DNA from: Selaginella moellendorffii
Taxonomy: Eukaryota > Plantae > Lycopodiophyta
Length of the DNA: 64,000 bases
Direction: 5' to 3'
NCBI RefSeq assembly: GCF_000143415.4
Contig: NW_003314409.1
Coordinates: forward strand, 62,001 to 126,000
Position 1 is the stretch's first letter. Each line of letters begins with the position of its first letter. Below are positions 11,450-23,831 of the stretch, in pieces. Under the pieces are notes generated by a model that was given only the letters and a program-made list of their open reading frames with translations, had not been told where the DNA came from and searched no databases. Made by a program: the position numbers and the translations under genes.

Positions 11450-13915
11450 AAGGCTTTAGTGGCTATTCCAATGGTTTTGCGTGATGCAGGTCTTTGGTGG
11501 TGAAATTAGCTTAAGGAGTTTTGTATTGCGGATAAGAAACCACTAGTGTCTATGATGGATGAGTTTGAGGTTCCTTTTTGTTTACATTTTGCCCTTCACT
11601 ATGATGTGGGAAATACTCACACCGAACTTCAACATTTTCAGCAAGGAAAAATGAAGGTTGGGGACTATATTGAGAAGCTGACTCGCTTGATTAGCCGTGT
11701 TTCAATGAAGGATCCAGATCAAAACAAATCCTACTTCATTGATAGCTTTCATAGTGAGAGCATGTAGCAACACTTGTGTCATTTTTAGCCTACAAAGAGT
11801 TTGGAGGAGCTCTTTGATGTTACTCGTTGACTTTGACAATGACAAGTATAAGTCTCACAAGCATTCGAGGAGTCCTTCTATTGAGAATCATTATGATGAT
11901 CATTGTGGACACAAGGATGGGAATAAATATCACAAGTTGAAGTCTATGGTGGCTATTTCGAGTACACAGGGGTCAAAGAAGCAGAAATTCTTTATGAAGA
12001 ATTATAGACAAGGTTGCCATTATTGTGGCGAGGGATATTATAAGGCTGATTGTCCACAACTGAATAGCAAACAACATGGCAACAAGAATGGCCCTTCTAC
12101 TGATGGTAAGCTAGATACTAAGAAGTTGCAAACTTTGCAACGCAAGGATGATGGGGATGACCATTCCAGTCGGAGGAAGAGGCTTTTGATCATTGCTCAT
12201 CAACTTAACTGTGTGTGGAACAAGATGGAAGTCAAGGACACTCGTGCATCAACTTTAATGTTAGAGGGCGTGTTCCGTGGCGGTCTAGTGTGGATTTTAC
12301 TGGATAGTGGGAGCAATGACAACTTTGTTTCCACAAAGTTTGTTGAGGAGCATGGCCTGGTGACACGAGGAGTTCTTCCATATACGGTTGAAGGTGCAAC
12401 TACCTCTACTCAACATTTAGATACTTGTGTAGAAGGGTTGGAAGTGTTGGTTGGCAAAACCACACTTATAGAGACTTTTTATCTCACAGATCTTCATTGT
12501 ATGGATTTTATTTTTAGGATGCTATGGTTGGTGAAGGTGGATCCAAAGATAAAATGGAGTATTAAGCGTGTCTCATTAGAGTATAGTGGCATTAAAGATA
12601 TATGGCTTGGAGAGGGAGTTCAACCCCCAATTGTTATGTTCTTTGTTACATCTTTGAAGTGGGCTTGTCGTAATAGAAAAACATTTTTCAGTTACTTGCT
12701 GTTTGTTCATGACTTGGGGGACCAAGCCACGTGTGGAGGAGAGCCAGTAGTGCGGACTATACTCGAAGAGTTCTTTGATGTTTTTCCCTCTAAAATTCTT
12801 CATGGATTGCCTTCATTATGAGGTGTGGAGTATGGGATTATGTTGGAGCCAGGGACAAAGCCAATTTACCAGTGTCCATTTCAATTGAATTATGCTGAGA
12901 AGCAAGAAGTTTAACAATAAGTCAAAGAGTTACTTGAGTTTGGATTTATTCAATCAAGTTTTAGTTTAGTGCTTCTGTTTTGCTTGTGAAGAAGAAGGAT
13001 GGTTCAAAGAGGATGTGTATTGATTACCGTGCTTTAAACAAAAAGACCGTGAAGGACAAAATGTCGATGCCACATGTGGATGATATCTTAAACAAGCTTA
13101 GTGAAGCACGAATGTTTGCTAAGATTGATTTGAGGAGTGGATATTATTAGATTGCCATGGATGATACATTTATTTCCAAAATGGCATTCAATACAAGTTT
13201 CGGGCACTTTGAGTTTACGGTTATGTTGTTTGGTTTGACGAATGCACCAGCCACATTTACTTGGTCGATAACTGAGGTCTTTGGGCATTATCTCCATGAG
13301 TTTATGGAGATTTTTTTGGATGGTATTCTTGCTTTCAGCAAGAATATGGAAGAGCATAAGGTGCATTTGCGCAAAGTTCTTTTGTTACTTTGTGATATCA
13401 AACTTTATGCAAAGAAGAGCAAATGGGAGTTTGCAAAGTCGGAGGTGGAATATCTAAGCCATATTGTGACATCTAAGGGTGTCAAGATGGATTCAAGGAA
13501 GGTGGTTGTGGTGGAAAATTGGCCCACACCGACTTCAGTAGTTGAGTTACACAATTTCCTTGGTATGGCTAATTATTATTGACATTTTCAGCATAAATTT
13601 GCAGAGGTGGCTATTCCTTTGACATGATTGTTGCACAAGAATGTGTCATTCAAGTGGAAGAAGCCACATGAGGATAGTTTTGTGGCATTGAAATAGTTGT
13701 TGAGTGAAGCTCTAGTGCTTCACATTGTTGATCCATCAAAACTTTATGAGGTGACATGTGATGCGAGTGGTTATGCACTGGGAGGAGTTTTCATGCAAAA
13801 GGGACAGCCTATTGCATATGAGAGTCGAACTTTAAATCCCATGAAGCAACGTTATTCCACATATGAGCAAGAGTTACTCTCCATTGTTCATGCTTTATGA
13901 ATGTGGTGGCACTAT
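11450..13915 (+). pseudogene. gag-protease-RT-RNase H (5' part) of element A
   Basis: ORFs 11739..12821, 13157..13582 (FGHFEFTVMLFGLTNAPATF, FLDGIL) and 13697..13900 (TCDASGYALGGV). Confidence 0.85.
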
Positions 13916-15045
13916 TGTAAGGAACCAACTCGCTGAGGTGTTGTAGGCTAAAGGAACCCCAAAAGCATGACCAAAATGACAAAGAGTTCATCAGATGGGA
14001 CCAAGTTGAAGATCGAGTCCAAGACCGACTCGGAGACCGAGTTCGAGATAGAGTCCGGAATCGAGTCAGAGGCCGGCCCGGGGACCGAGTTCGAGACCGA
14101 GTTCGAGACAGAGTCCGAGATCCAAAATCGGGTCCGAGGTCGAGTCCGAGGTCGAGTCCGAGGTCGGGTCCGAGATCGGGTTCGAGATCGAGTCCGAGAT
14201 TGAGTTCGAGACCGAATCCGAAGTCAGATCCGAAATCGAGTCCGAGATCGAGCCAGAGACTAAGTCCAAATACTAATACGGGTCAAGGGGTGAAAGCCCA
14301 AAGTGTGTGTCTCCCAGGGGGGGGGGGGGGGGGGCTGCAGGGGGTTCCAAAAGTATAGTAGGGATAGTGAGGTCCAGGAACCAGTTTTGAAGGGACTCTT
14401 CAGTGGGGCTCCCAAACCGACTTGAGGTTGGGACTGGGACTGAGGGGCCTTGGGTGGGAGTGAGCATGGACTTGGTTGGTGCCGGAGGGGCCATCCAAGG
14501 AAGTGCTCAAGAGCAGCTCCCACTCCCGAAAGGGAAACCGATTGCGGTGCTCCTGGCTCATGTGGAGTGGTGCCCCACTTGAGTACCATGCGGCTCATTG
14601 GTCCTCGCCCTTCCTAGGGGCTTGGGCCTTCCTTCGGGATGGAAGTGGGGGGGTAGAGGTACCCATACCGGGCCGCTAGGCCACGGTGTTTTGCCCCGGC
14701 GTCCCGAAGCAAGTGTTGCACTCAAGACTTGGGATTTAGAGGGTCCCATGATCAAGTCTTGTGGTACCAACCTGGAAGCTTGGTGTGCTTGGTTGTTTGT
14801 GCTTGTGGGGAGTGTAGCCGAACCTTAAGTCCAGTCTAACCTGGGGAGGGGGATTGGGAGTGATTTGGGAATCTGTGGATGGATGGCTAACACTCCATTG
14901 CTCGTGCAGTAAGTAGCTGAAACCAAGTAGGAGCTGGTACCGTAGGTGAGAACCTTGGCAAGGGAACTTAGCAAAAGCCAAGGCAGTGTTGGACGGATAG
15001 ACGAGGTAAGCTGGCAAATTGGAAAGGAAAAATTTGTGGCTTACA
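13916..15045 (+). repeat. 5' LTR of element B
   Basis: TGTAAGGAACC...GTGGCTTACA; highly similar to 20316-21455. Confidence 0.95.
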
Positions 15046-15048
15046 ATT

Positions 15049-15060
15049 TGGTATCAGAGC
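15049..15060 (+). promoter_or_regulatory. Primer binding site complementary to the 3' end of initiator tRNA-Met
   Basis: TGGTATCAGAGC 3 nt after the LTR end. Confidence 0.92.
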
Positions 15061-15105
15061 CTTTTCCTCAGTTCTAGCGAAGGATAGATGCGGATTGCTG
15101 GGAGA

Positions 15106-18100
15106 TGGCAAGGGCAGGGCGTAAGCGAACCCAGGCGGAGACGGAACCTCCACCGGAGCTGGAGCCTCCGATCGAACAAGAGGCTATGGATGAGGAATCC
15201 TTGCATGAGGAGGACTCTAGTGAGGAAACTTCCAAATAGGAGTCCGGTGGCGAGGTTCGGTCGTCCAAGGCTCGATTGGATGTGCTAGAAGGACAGTTGG
15301 CACAGACCAATGCCCTGCTGGAGACTCTCGTACGCAAGTTAAAGCGTGACGAGAAGCGGAAGAAAAAGAGAAAGACTGCGGATGCTGGCAGCGTAGAAGG
15401 TGCGAACCCTTCGGCAAGGACTGAGGCAGAACCAAACAAAGTCGAACAAACCGAAGTAGAATCTGTCCCTCAGGCAGTTCCCAAGTACAAACCAAAGCCC
15501 CCACCGGTCTTTAAGGGAGTGAATGACTATAAGGTGGTTGAGGATTGGTTTTACGATATGGAGGACTACTTCCGAGCGTTGCGATTACCGAGCTCGGAGA
15601 AGGTCCCATGTGCAAAACCATACTTGGCAGATAATGCCAAGTCTTGGTGGAGAACGACGGAGGCCAACAAAGGACCAGTGGCCACTTGGGACATGATGAA
15701 GGCGAGGATCCGCGCAACATACGTTCCTCCGAATGCCACTCTGCATCTGAGAGATGAGCTGAGTAGGCTGAAGCAGACTGGAACCATCCAGGAATATGTG
15801 AATGGGTTCATGGCAAAGAGGATACTTGTCACGGACATGGGGGATATGGATGCGTTCCATGCCTTCATATCGGGTTTGCAAACCTGGGCTCGCGGTGAGG
15901 TGATGTGCTGGAACCCGACCAACTACAAGGAAGCGTTGGATGCGGCCATCAAGGTGCATTTTAACGATAACCTGCGAAAGGGGAACACGATGGGGTCAGG
16001 ATCCACGTTTAGCAAAGGGGCCAAACCAAGGGGAACGTTTACCAGGGGGAAATTCAAGAAGAGTTTCTCTAAGAATGAGTCCTCAGGGTTCCGGAAAGGC
16101 AAATCCAGTGGCCAGTGAGCGAGTACGTGGGGGAGTCAAGCGAAAAGAGACAAACCCACGGATAAGAAGGTCAAGTCGTATAGCAGCGTGGGAAATAACG
16201 TATGCTACAACTACGGTGAAGCGGGACACTTTTCGACGGAATGTCCCTACCCGAAGAAGGCCAGAGACAATATGGCCATCAAGTCGGGTGAAGTCCAAAC
16301 TGAGGTATGTGATCCAGTCCCTAACTCAAAGTTACTCATTATACGAGCAACTTTGGTAGAGGGTCGTTCGCGACATCTACTAGCCCTCCGAGGGAAGCTC
16401 GGAGGTAGCTTTGTTAAGATCTTTATTGACACGGGTGCTTCGGATAATTTTGTGGCTGCAAACATAGTCCAGCAAGCTGGACTAACGGTGCAGTGGCTAG
16501 GCGAACCAAGGACTATAGATTTTGTTCAAGGTAGCCAAAGCACCGATGAGGTACTTCGACAAGCAAGAGTCGACGTAGGGACTTGGAAAGTAGACATGGA
16601 CTTCACTGTGTTGGACATGGCGGGATTTGACGTGATCTTCGGGATGGACTGGTTCAATCGATTCGTGGTAGCCCTACACGGACAAGGTAGGAACCTTGTG
16701 GTATTGGCGAATGCCCAAGGAAGAAGATCCAGGGTGGAGGCCCAGGATCTAAAGGTAGGGCAATGCAAGGCCAAAGATTCGTCCATGAACCTGGTGTCCA
16801 CAAGAGGACAACTCACTAAAGGGACTAAGGCTGCATTTTTGTGCTTACTCTCGGTGAGAAGTGACAAAAAGACTGGAACGGAAGAAGTACCTTTAGTGAT
16901 CCAGCGGGTGCTGGACCAATTCCAGGATACCATGCCAGAGGAGCTACCGGCGGGGTTGCCCCTCGCACGACCGATAGAACATAAGATTGAGCTGGTCGAG
17001 GGTGCTGAGGCGGTGGTTCGTCCACCCTATCGATTGAACGAAAAAGAACTCGCGGAGCTCAAGCGCCAACTAGAGGCGTTGGTGGACAAAGGGTATGTTA
17101 GGTTGAGCAAGTCGCCTTATGGGGCGCCGGTGCTATTTGTGAAAAAGAAAGATGGATCTATGCGCATGTGCATAGACTACCGGTTGCTCAACAAGTATAC
17201 CAAGAAGAACAAGTACCCTTTGCCAAGGATCGAGGACCTGTTCGATAGGTTGGGAAAGGCAAAATACTTCTCGAGGATTGACCTAAGATCAGGATACTAC
17301 TAGATCAGGGTAGCTGAGGAAGATGTTGAGAAGACAACCTGTCGAACAAGGTATGAGAGCTTTGAGTTTTTGGTGATGCCCTTTGGGCTGTGCAATGCGC
17401 CGGCAACGTTTTCGGTGTTGATGAACCACATCTTTGTACCCTATCTGGATCACTTCATGGTCGTCTATATCGACGACATCCTGATCTATAGCGAGACGCT
17501 AGAGAAGCATGCCGAACACTTGGCAAAGGTGTTTGAGAAACTAAGGGAACACAAACTGTATGCTAAAGAGAGTAAATGTGACTTTGCTCAACAAGAGGTA
17601 AAGTTTCTCGGGCATGTCGTGGGCCAAGATGGGCTCAAGGTGGACCCGGAGAAGGTCCAAGCAATCCAGGAATGGGAGCGACCATCGAATGTACACGAGT
17701 TAAGGGCATTCCTGGGGCTATGCAACTACTACCGAAAGTTTATCAGACACTATTTGAGAGTAGCCTTGCCCTTAACGGACCAAACAGGAAAAGGGAAGAT
17801 GGTATGGACAGTGGAATGCGAGGCGGCATTTGTCCACCTCAAAGGGAAGTTGAGGAAGGCTCCTGTGTTGGCATTACCAGACTTTGGTAAGGACTTTGAG
17901 GTAGAAACGGATGCTTCGGACTTTGCGTTGGGCGCAGTTTTGAAGCAAGATAACCATCCAATAGCGTTCTTCTCGAAGAAGTTGGACAAGGCTTAACGGA
18001 AGTGGCCTGCCCATGAGAAGGAATTGTTTGTGGTGGTCAAGGCGCTCAAGGAGTGGCGACACTACCTTGGGAGACACTTCAAGGTTTACACGGACAATGT

Positions 18101-19876
18101 GGCAACGAAACACTTCTTGTCACAGCCCAACCTGAGAGGGAAACAAGGTCGGTGGGCCAATGCCTTGGCTGAGTTTGATTGCGAAATTCTGTACAAGCCT
18201 AGGAAGAGCAACATCGTGGTGGATGCGCTAAGTCGAAAAGCGAGCTTGAGGTTGGCAATATCCAGCGCAACAGCAACCTTCTAGAATGATGTGCGGACAG
18301 CATATGAGAACGATGGTCTAGCACAAGAAGTGTTGCTGAGGAATCTAGAGGCACAGGAAGCTCACCAGAGAGGTGAGCTGCCAACGGAAGAGAAAACGGG
18401 CTATACAGAACGCAACGGACTCATCTATTACAAGCAAACGAGGGTGTATGTTCCAGAAGGGGAACTTAGGAAGATAGCCTTAGAAGAGTGTCATGACGGA
18501 CCTCTTGCGGGACATGGCGGAGTGCCCAAGACGATGGGCTTACTCAAGAGGAAGTACCATTGGCCAGATATGGCTAAGGACGTCCAAGACTATGTAAAGA
18601 CATGCCCAACATGTCAACAGGTCAAAGCCGTGACTAAGGCTAGTGGGGGCTTGTTGCAAAGCATCCCAATTCCAGATCGTCCGTGGAAATGTCTTACGAT
18701 GGACTTCATCACGGGACTACCCCCAAGCGAGGGGTTCGATGCGATATTCGTGGTGGTGGATCGATTTTCGAAGATGGCACATTTCATACCCACCACAACG
18801 GAAGTGGATGCGGAAGGTGTGGCGAAGCTGTTCTTCGAACAAGTGGTTCGAGTGTAGGGAAGGCTAGAAGAGATTATCTCAGATCGAGATAAAATCTTCA
18901 CCAGTAGGTTCTGGAGAACCCTCCTGGAACAGTATCGTACCAAGTTGAAATTCAGCACAGCCTATCACCCACAGACAGGTATGGGGTATTAAGTCAAGTT
19001 GATGGCACTAACACTTCTTGACAGATGAACAAACGGAAAGGGTGAATAGGCAGCTGGAGGATTATTTACGATGCTATGTCTCAGGAGACCAGACCGATTG
19101 GGTAAGTCATTTGGGACTTGCGGAAATGTGTTATAACAACTCACCACATTCGAGCATCGGGGTGAGTCCATGGGAAGTCATCAATGGGTGAGTTATTGAG
19201 GGTCCTATGGAACTCGGCGTGGCCGAGTATCATGGAGAGTTACCCGCAATGGAGGCATTCACAGCGGAAAGACTCAATATTTGGAATTTAGTGAGGGATT
19301 CCTTGGAATGGGCTCAACAAAGGCAAACCAAGTATGCGAACCAGAAGCGCCGGGACGTAGAGTTCCAAGCTGGGGAGAAGGTGTGGCTGAACACCAAGAA
19401 CCTCAGGCTACCAAGTGGGATCAGCCGGAAGTTGACCCAAAGGTAAAAATGCATGTATTCCTGTAAATGAATTGATCTTGAGTTCCTTGAGCAGGTTCGC
19501 TGGGCCTTATGAGATTGAGGCTCGAATCGGTAAAGTGGCTTACCGTCTCCGACTTCCTCAAGAGATGGGGAAAATGCACCCCGTGTTCCACGTGAACTTA
19601 CTCAAGCCGTACTTTGAGGATTCGCTTCGCAAGGACCAAGTAAGGCCTTTACATGAGGTTATCCAAGGGGAAGAGGAATACGAAGTCGAGGCCATCCTCA
19701 ATGCGCGCAGGAGCAAGCGACAAGGACGCGAGGTGAGAGAGTTCCATGTGAAGTGGAAACGATTTCCACACTGCAAAGCAACATGGGAACCGGAGGAGAA
19801 CCTAGCGAACGCGCGAGATCTAGTGGAGGAATTTCTGCAAGGCAGAACTCTATGTACTTATGCAAAGTTCAATTAA
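15106..19876 (+). pseudogene. gag-pol of element B (Gag, zinc knuckle, protease, RT, RNase H, integrase, chromodomain) with point nonsense mutations and two putative introns
   Basis: [40 protein letters not shown], integrase HHCC and MDFITGLP...VVVDRFSK, GPY/F motif, chromodomain EYEVEAILN...VKW...ATWEPEENL. Confidence 0.93.
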
Positions 19877-20035
19877 AAATATCAATTGGTGAAGTTAAGC
19901 AATGGCATATGTTGGGACCCGAAGGCGCACCGAAGGTAAGCTAATTAGCATGGGTTAGCTAGGTCGACCAGGCGTAGGGAGCTACGCCCGACTCCCTGTG
20001 GGGATGTCGAATCCGTAGACGTATTCTACGGAGGT

Positions 20036-20125
20036 TGGGTTCAAGTCCCAACCCCCTAGTAAAGCAAGGCTGGGTTCAAGTCCCAACCCCCTAGTAAAGC
20101 AAGGCTGGGTTCAAGTCCCAACCCC
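20036..20125 (+). repeat. 35-bp tandem repeat (~2.6 copies) in the 3' untranslated region of element B
   Basis: TGGGTTCAAGTCCCAACCCC starts at 20036, 20071 and 20106. Confidence 0.9.
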
Positions 20126-20315
20126 ATACTAGGGCGTGGTGAGGTGAGGGGTATAGGGACACCTATATTCTGTTGTCATGGGCTCTTGGCCCGGGAGGCT
20201 AACTTAGGCACACCGCTAAGTGGGGGGATGCCCCCGGAGATATGGTCAACAAGTCGTATGATCAAAAGAGAGACGTTCGATGTGGGCATCGAACTTCTTC
20301 TATGGGTGGTGGAGT

Positions 20316-21455
20316 TGTAAGGAACCAACTCGCCGAGGTGTCGTAGGCTAAAGGAACCCCGAAAGCATGACCAAAATGACAAAGAGTTCATCGGATGGGA
20401 CCAAGTCGAAGATCGAGTCCAAGACCAACTCAGAGACCGAGTTCGAGATAGAGTCCGGAATCGAGTCCGAGGCCGGCTCGGAGACCGAGTTCGAGACCAA
20501 GTTCGAGACGGAGTCCGAGATCTAAAATCGGGTCTGAGACCGAGTCCGAGGTCCAGTCCGAGGTCGGGTCTGAGATCGGGTCCGAGATTGAGTCCGAGAT
20601 CGAGTTCGAGACCGAATCCGAAGTCGGATCCGAAATCGAGTCCGAGATCGAGCCAAAGACTAAGTCCAAATACTAATATGGGTCAAGGGGTGAAAGCCCA
20701 AAGCATGCATCTCCCAGGGGGGGGGGGGGGGCTGCAGGGGGTTCCAAAAGTATAGTAGGGATAGTGAGGTCCAGAAACTAGTTTTGAAGGGACTCTCCAG
20801 TGGGGCTCCCAAACCGACTTGAGGTTGGGACTGGGACTGAGGGGCCTTGGGTGGGAGTGAGCATGGACTTGGTTGGTGCCGGAGGGGCCATCCAAGGAAG
20901 TGCTCAAGAGCAGCTCCCACTCCCGAAAGGGAAACCAATTGCGGTGCTCCCGGCTCATGTGGAGTGGTGCCCCACTTGAGTACCATGCGGCTCATTGGTC
21001 CTCGCCCTTCCTAGGGGCTTGGGCCTTCCTTCAGGATGGAAGTGGAGGGGTAGAGGTACCCATACCGGGCCGCTAGGCCACGGTGTTTCGCCCCGGCATC
21101 CCGAAGCAAGTGTTGCACTCAAGACTTGGGATTTAGAGGGTCCCATGATCAAGTCTTGTGGTACCAAGGGATGTTAGGAACCTGGAAGCTTAGTGTGCTT
21201 GGCTGCTTGTGCTTGCAGGGAGTGTAGCCGAACCTTAAATCCAGTCTAACCCGGGGAGGGGGATTGGGAGTGATTTGGGAATCCGTGGATGAATGGCTAA
21301 CACTCCGTTGCTCGTGCAGTGAGTAGCTGAAACCAAGTAGGAGCTGGTACCGTAGGCGAGAACCTTGGCAAGGGAACTTAGCAAAAGCCAAGGCAATGTT
21401 GGACGGATAGACGAGGTAAGCTGGCAAATTGGAAAGGAAAAATTTGTGGCTTACA
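20316..21455 (+). repeat. 3' LTR of element B
   Basis: Matches the 5' LTR; followed by TSD ACTAT. Confidence 0.95.
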
Positions 21456-21460
21456 ACTAT

Positions 21461-22978
21461 CTTTATGGTGTAGTGTTCATGGTGTTGATGGATCATAAAC
21501 CCTTTATATATCTTTTCATATAGAAGAAGTTGAACACTAGGCAAGCTTATTGAATGGTCAAACTTATGGAGTTTGGGGAGTTTCCTATTGAGCATCGTCC
21601 GGGAAAATCGAATGTAGTGGTAGATGCTTTATCTCGTGTTTGCCATATGATGGCATTACAAACACAATTTTGTCATCATTTGAGTAAAATGGTCAGCGAA
21701 TTTGGGCAGTTGGTTGAGCATGCTTAGGCTTAGGATGCTAAGGTGGTCTCATTGCAAGCCTAGATGGAAGCACCTTTTTCATTGGTGGATGGGATTCTTT
21801 ACTACAATGGCCATGTGTATTTGCTATGGGTGGATGTATTAATTATTTAAGTTTTATTCCACTATCATGATCATCCAAAGGTCAGTCATTTTGGGGGTAA
21901 GAAGACATATGAGTTGATTAAGCACAATTTCTATTGAAGGAATGTGAAGGTTGATATTCTCAAGTATTGTAAATCATGTGAGCTCTATCAACATATAAAG
22001 GTGCCACGGGAGAAGTCGGGGGGACTTTTGCAACCTTTACATATTCCTTAGAGCTGTTGGTATAGTATTTTTATGGACTTCATCACTTGTTTGCCACAAA
22101 CACAGAGGCAAAAGGAGCAAGTATGGGTTATAGTTGATCGTTTGATGAAGTATGTATGGTTGTTGGATCTTCAAAAAAGTGTCATTACCTTAGATTTGGC
22201 TACGGTCTATTTGGAGAAGGTTTTTCCTGATTTTGGTTTGCCAGAGGACATCGTTAGTAATCAAGATTCAAAGTTCACTAGTGGATTTTGGAAGAGGTTT
22301 GCAAAAGCTATGCAAGTGACTCTAAAACTCTCGAGTGGAGATCATCCTTAGACAGATGGGCAAATTGAGCATGTAAATTAAGTGGTGGAGGATATACTAC
22401 GTTGTAGCATTGGTCAAAGGCAGAGATAGTGGGATTTATATCTTCTGTTGGTGCAATTTCCCTACAACAATAGCCAACATAGTGGAACCAAACTAAGTCC
22501 TTACTTTGCCATGTTTGGAAGGCATCCTTGAATAGTAATAGAGTTGGAATTGCATTTGAATAAGGATGTTCAAGAAAAACTTAATTCAGAGGCGACTGAT
22601 CTGGCCATAGAACTTGATAAGATTTTGGTGGTGTGCAAATGGAATTTGCAAGCAGTTCAAGATAGAGTGGAAAAGTTTGCTAATGAGCATTGCCAATTTC
22701 GGGAATATAAGATGGGTGATCTCGTCTTTGTGCGATTGATCTTTCCGTTAAATGAGCAGCGGAACACATTAGTGCCTTTGCAGAATTCTCATCAGTATAC
22801 TGGTTTATGTAAAGTGCTAGAGCACATTGGTAAAGTGCCTTATCGAGTGCAACTGCCAACTAGGGTGAAAATTCATCCAGTATTTTATGTTAGCCAGTTG
22901 AAAATTGTACTATCTCAGAGTGATAAGCCCAATGCTTCCTTAATGTATATGGCTGTGGAAGATGGATTAGGAGCTTGA
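21461..22978 (+). pseudogene. RNase H end and integrase (3' part) of element A
   Basis: MDFITCLP...WVIVDRL, SGDHP*TDGQ.E, KIHPVFYVSQLK, with multiple stops. Confidence 0.85.
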
Positions 22979-23831
22979 ACAAGGTTCCCCAGAAAGGGTG
23001 ATCACCAATACAACTCGTCCTTGGGACAAAGACTTTGTTAGAGGGAAGAATTGTTAAATGCCAATTTTGACCATGTGATCAACATCAATCAAAGGGAGGC
23101 TCAAGGGTTTATGAAGGCATGTGAGGGTAAAGAACTTAACCTACCTTAGGTGGCGGTGTAAAGGAGCTTTTGAGGTAGTTCTGGGGTGGTTGGAAAGTGA
23201 GGAACCTCAAGAGGAAGCATAATTTAGTTTAAGAAGATTAAATTGTTGACTTTTCATGCCATGTCATAATATAATTGTTGTTCATGATGTGAGGAATGTC
23301 ATGGATGGGGACATAACACTGGAACTTGTGCCAAATGTCAATAATATACTAAAAAATATTCTTATGCTCTTTTGACATTTATGGATAATAGGCATTCTAT
23401 TTCTTGTGCTTCTCTATCACCAACAAATAACAAAAGCCCTCCTATTCTCTCTCCTCTACTCTCTTTCATAACATGCAATATAGAATTAATGGAGGATGAG
23501 TAGTTTATGTTTGTTTTTGCTGGAGTTGTAAATAGTATAAATGCGATGATCTTGGTGGACTTTGGCTTAGCAATTTCCTCTATTCAGTGTTTAATTGTTT
23601 GAAGTTTCATTATAACAAGTCTCTTGTACTTGACCTTTATGACTTGTGTTTACTAATCCAGTATAGATATTATGTAAGATGGATTATCTTCTTCTTCTTA
23701 GCCGTGATCTCCAAGCTAGATTGGAATGTTCTTTCTCCGTCCAGGATTCTCAAGAGCTGTGGAGGTCGCGCCCGGATTCTTGCAAGGAATACCTCGTGAA
23801 TCGCGAATGCATGTGAGATCCAGCAAAGTTT

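Larger units (their letters stand above)
13916..21455 (+). mobile_element. Full-length Ty3/gypsy chromovirus (element B), 7540 bp, 5-bp TSD ACTAT
   Basis: TG...CA LTRs 13916-15045 and 20316-21455. TSD ACTAT at 13911-13915 and 21456-21460. PBS TGGTATCAGAGC; purine-rich tract GGGTGGTGGAG before the 3' LTR. Removing B restores element A RNase H ...WHY|LYG. Confidence 0.97.
10954..23271 (+). mobile_element. Old degenerate Ty3/gypsy LTR retrotransposon (element A), interrupted by element B
   Basis: Diverged LTR pair ~10954-11141 and ~23052-23271 (shared TCAAAGGGAGGCTCAAGGG...AAAGGAGCTTTTGAGGTAGTT...GAGGAACCTCAA), decayed PBS, PPT AGAGGGAAGAA at ~23040. Gag knuckle CHYCGEGYYKADCP, protease LLDSGS, RT, RNase H and integrase relics in gypsy order with many stops. 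Confidence 0.85.

Noticed and set aside
20031-20125. tRNA gene or SINE at the GGTTCAAGTCC motifs
   Set aside because: Only the T-arm/B-box is present; no acceptor stem, D arm or clear A box.
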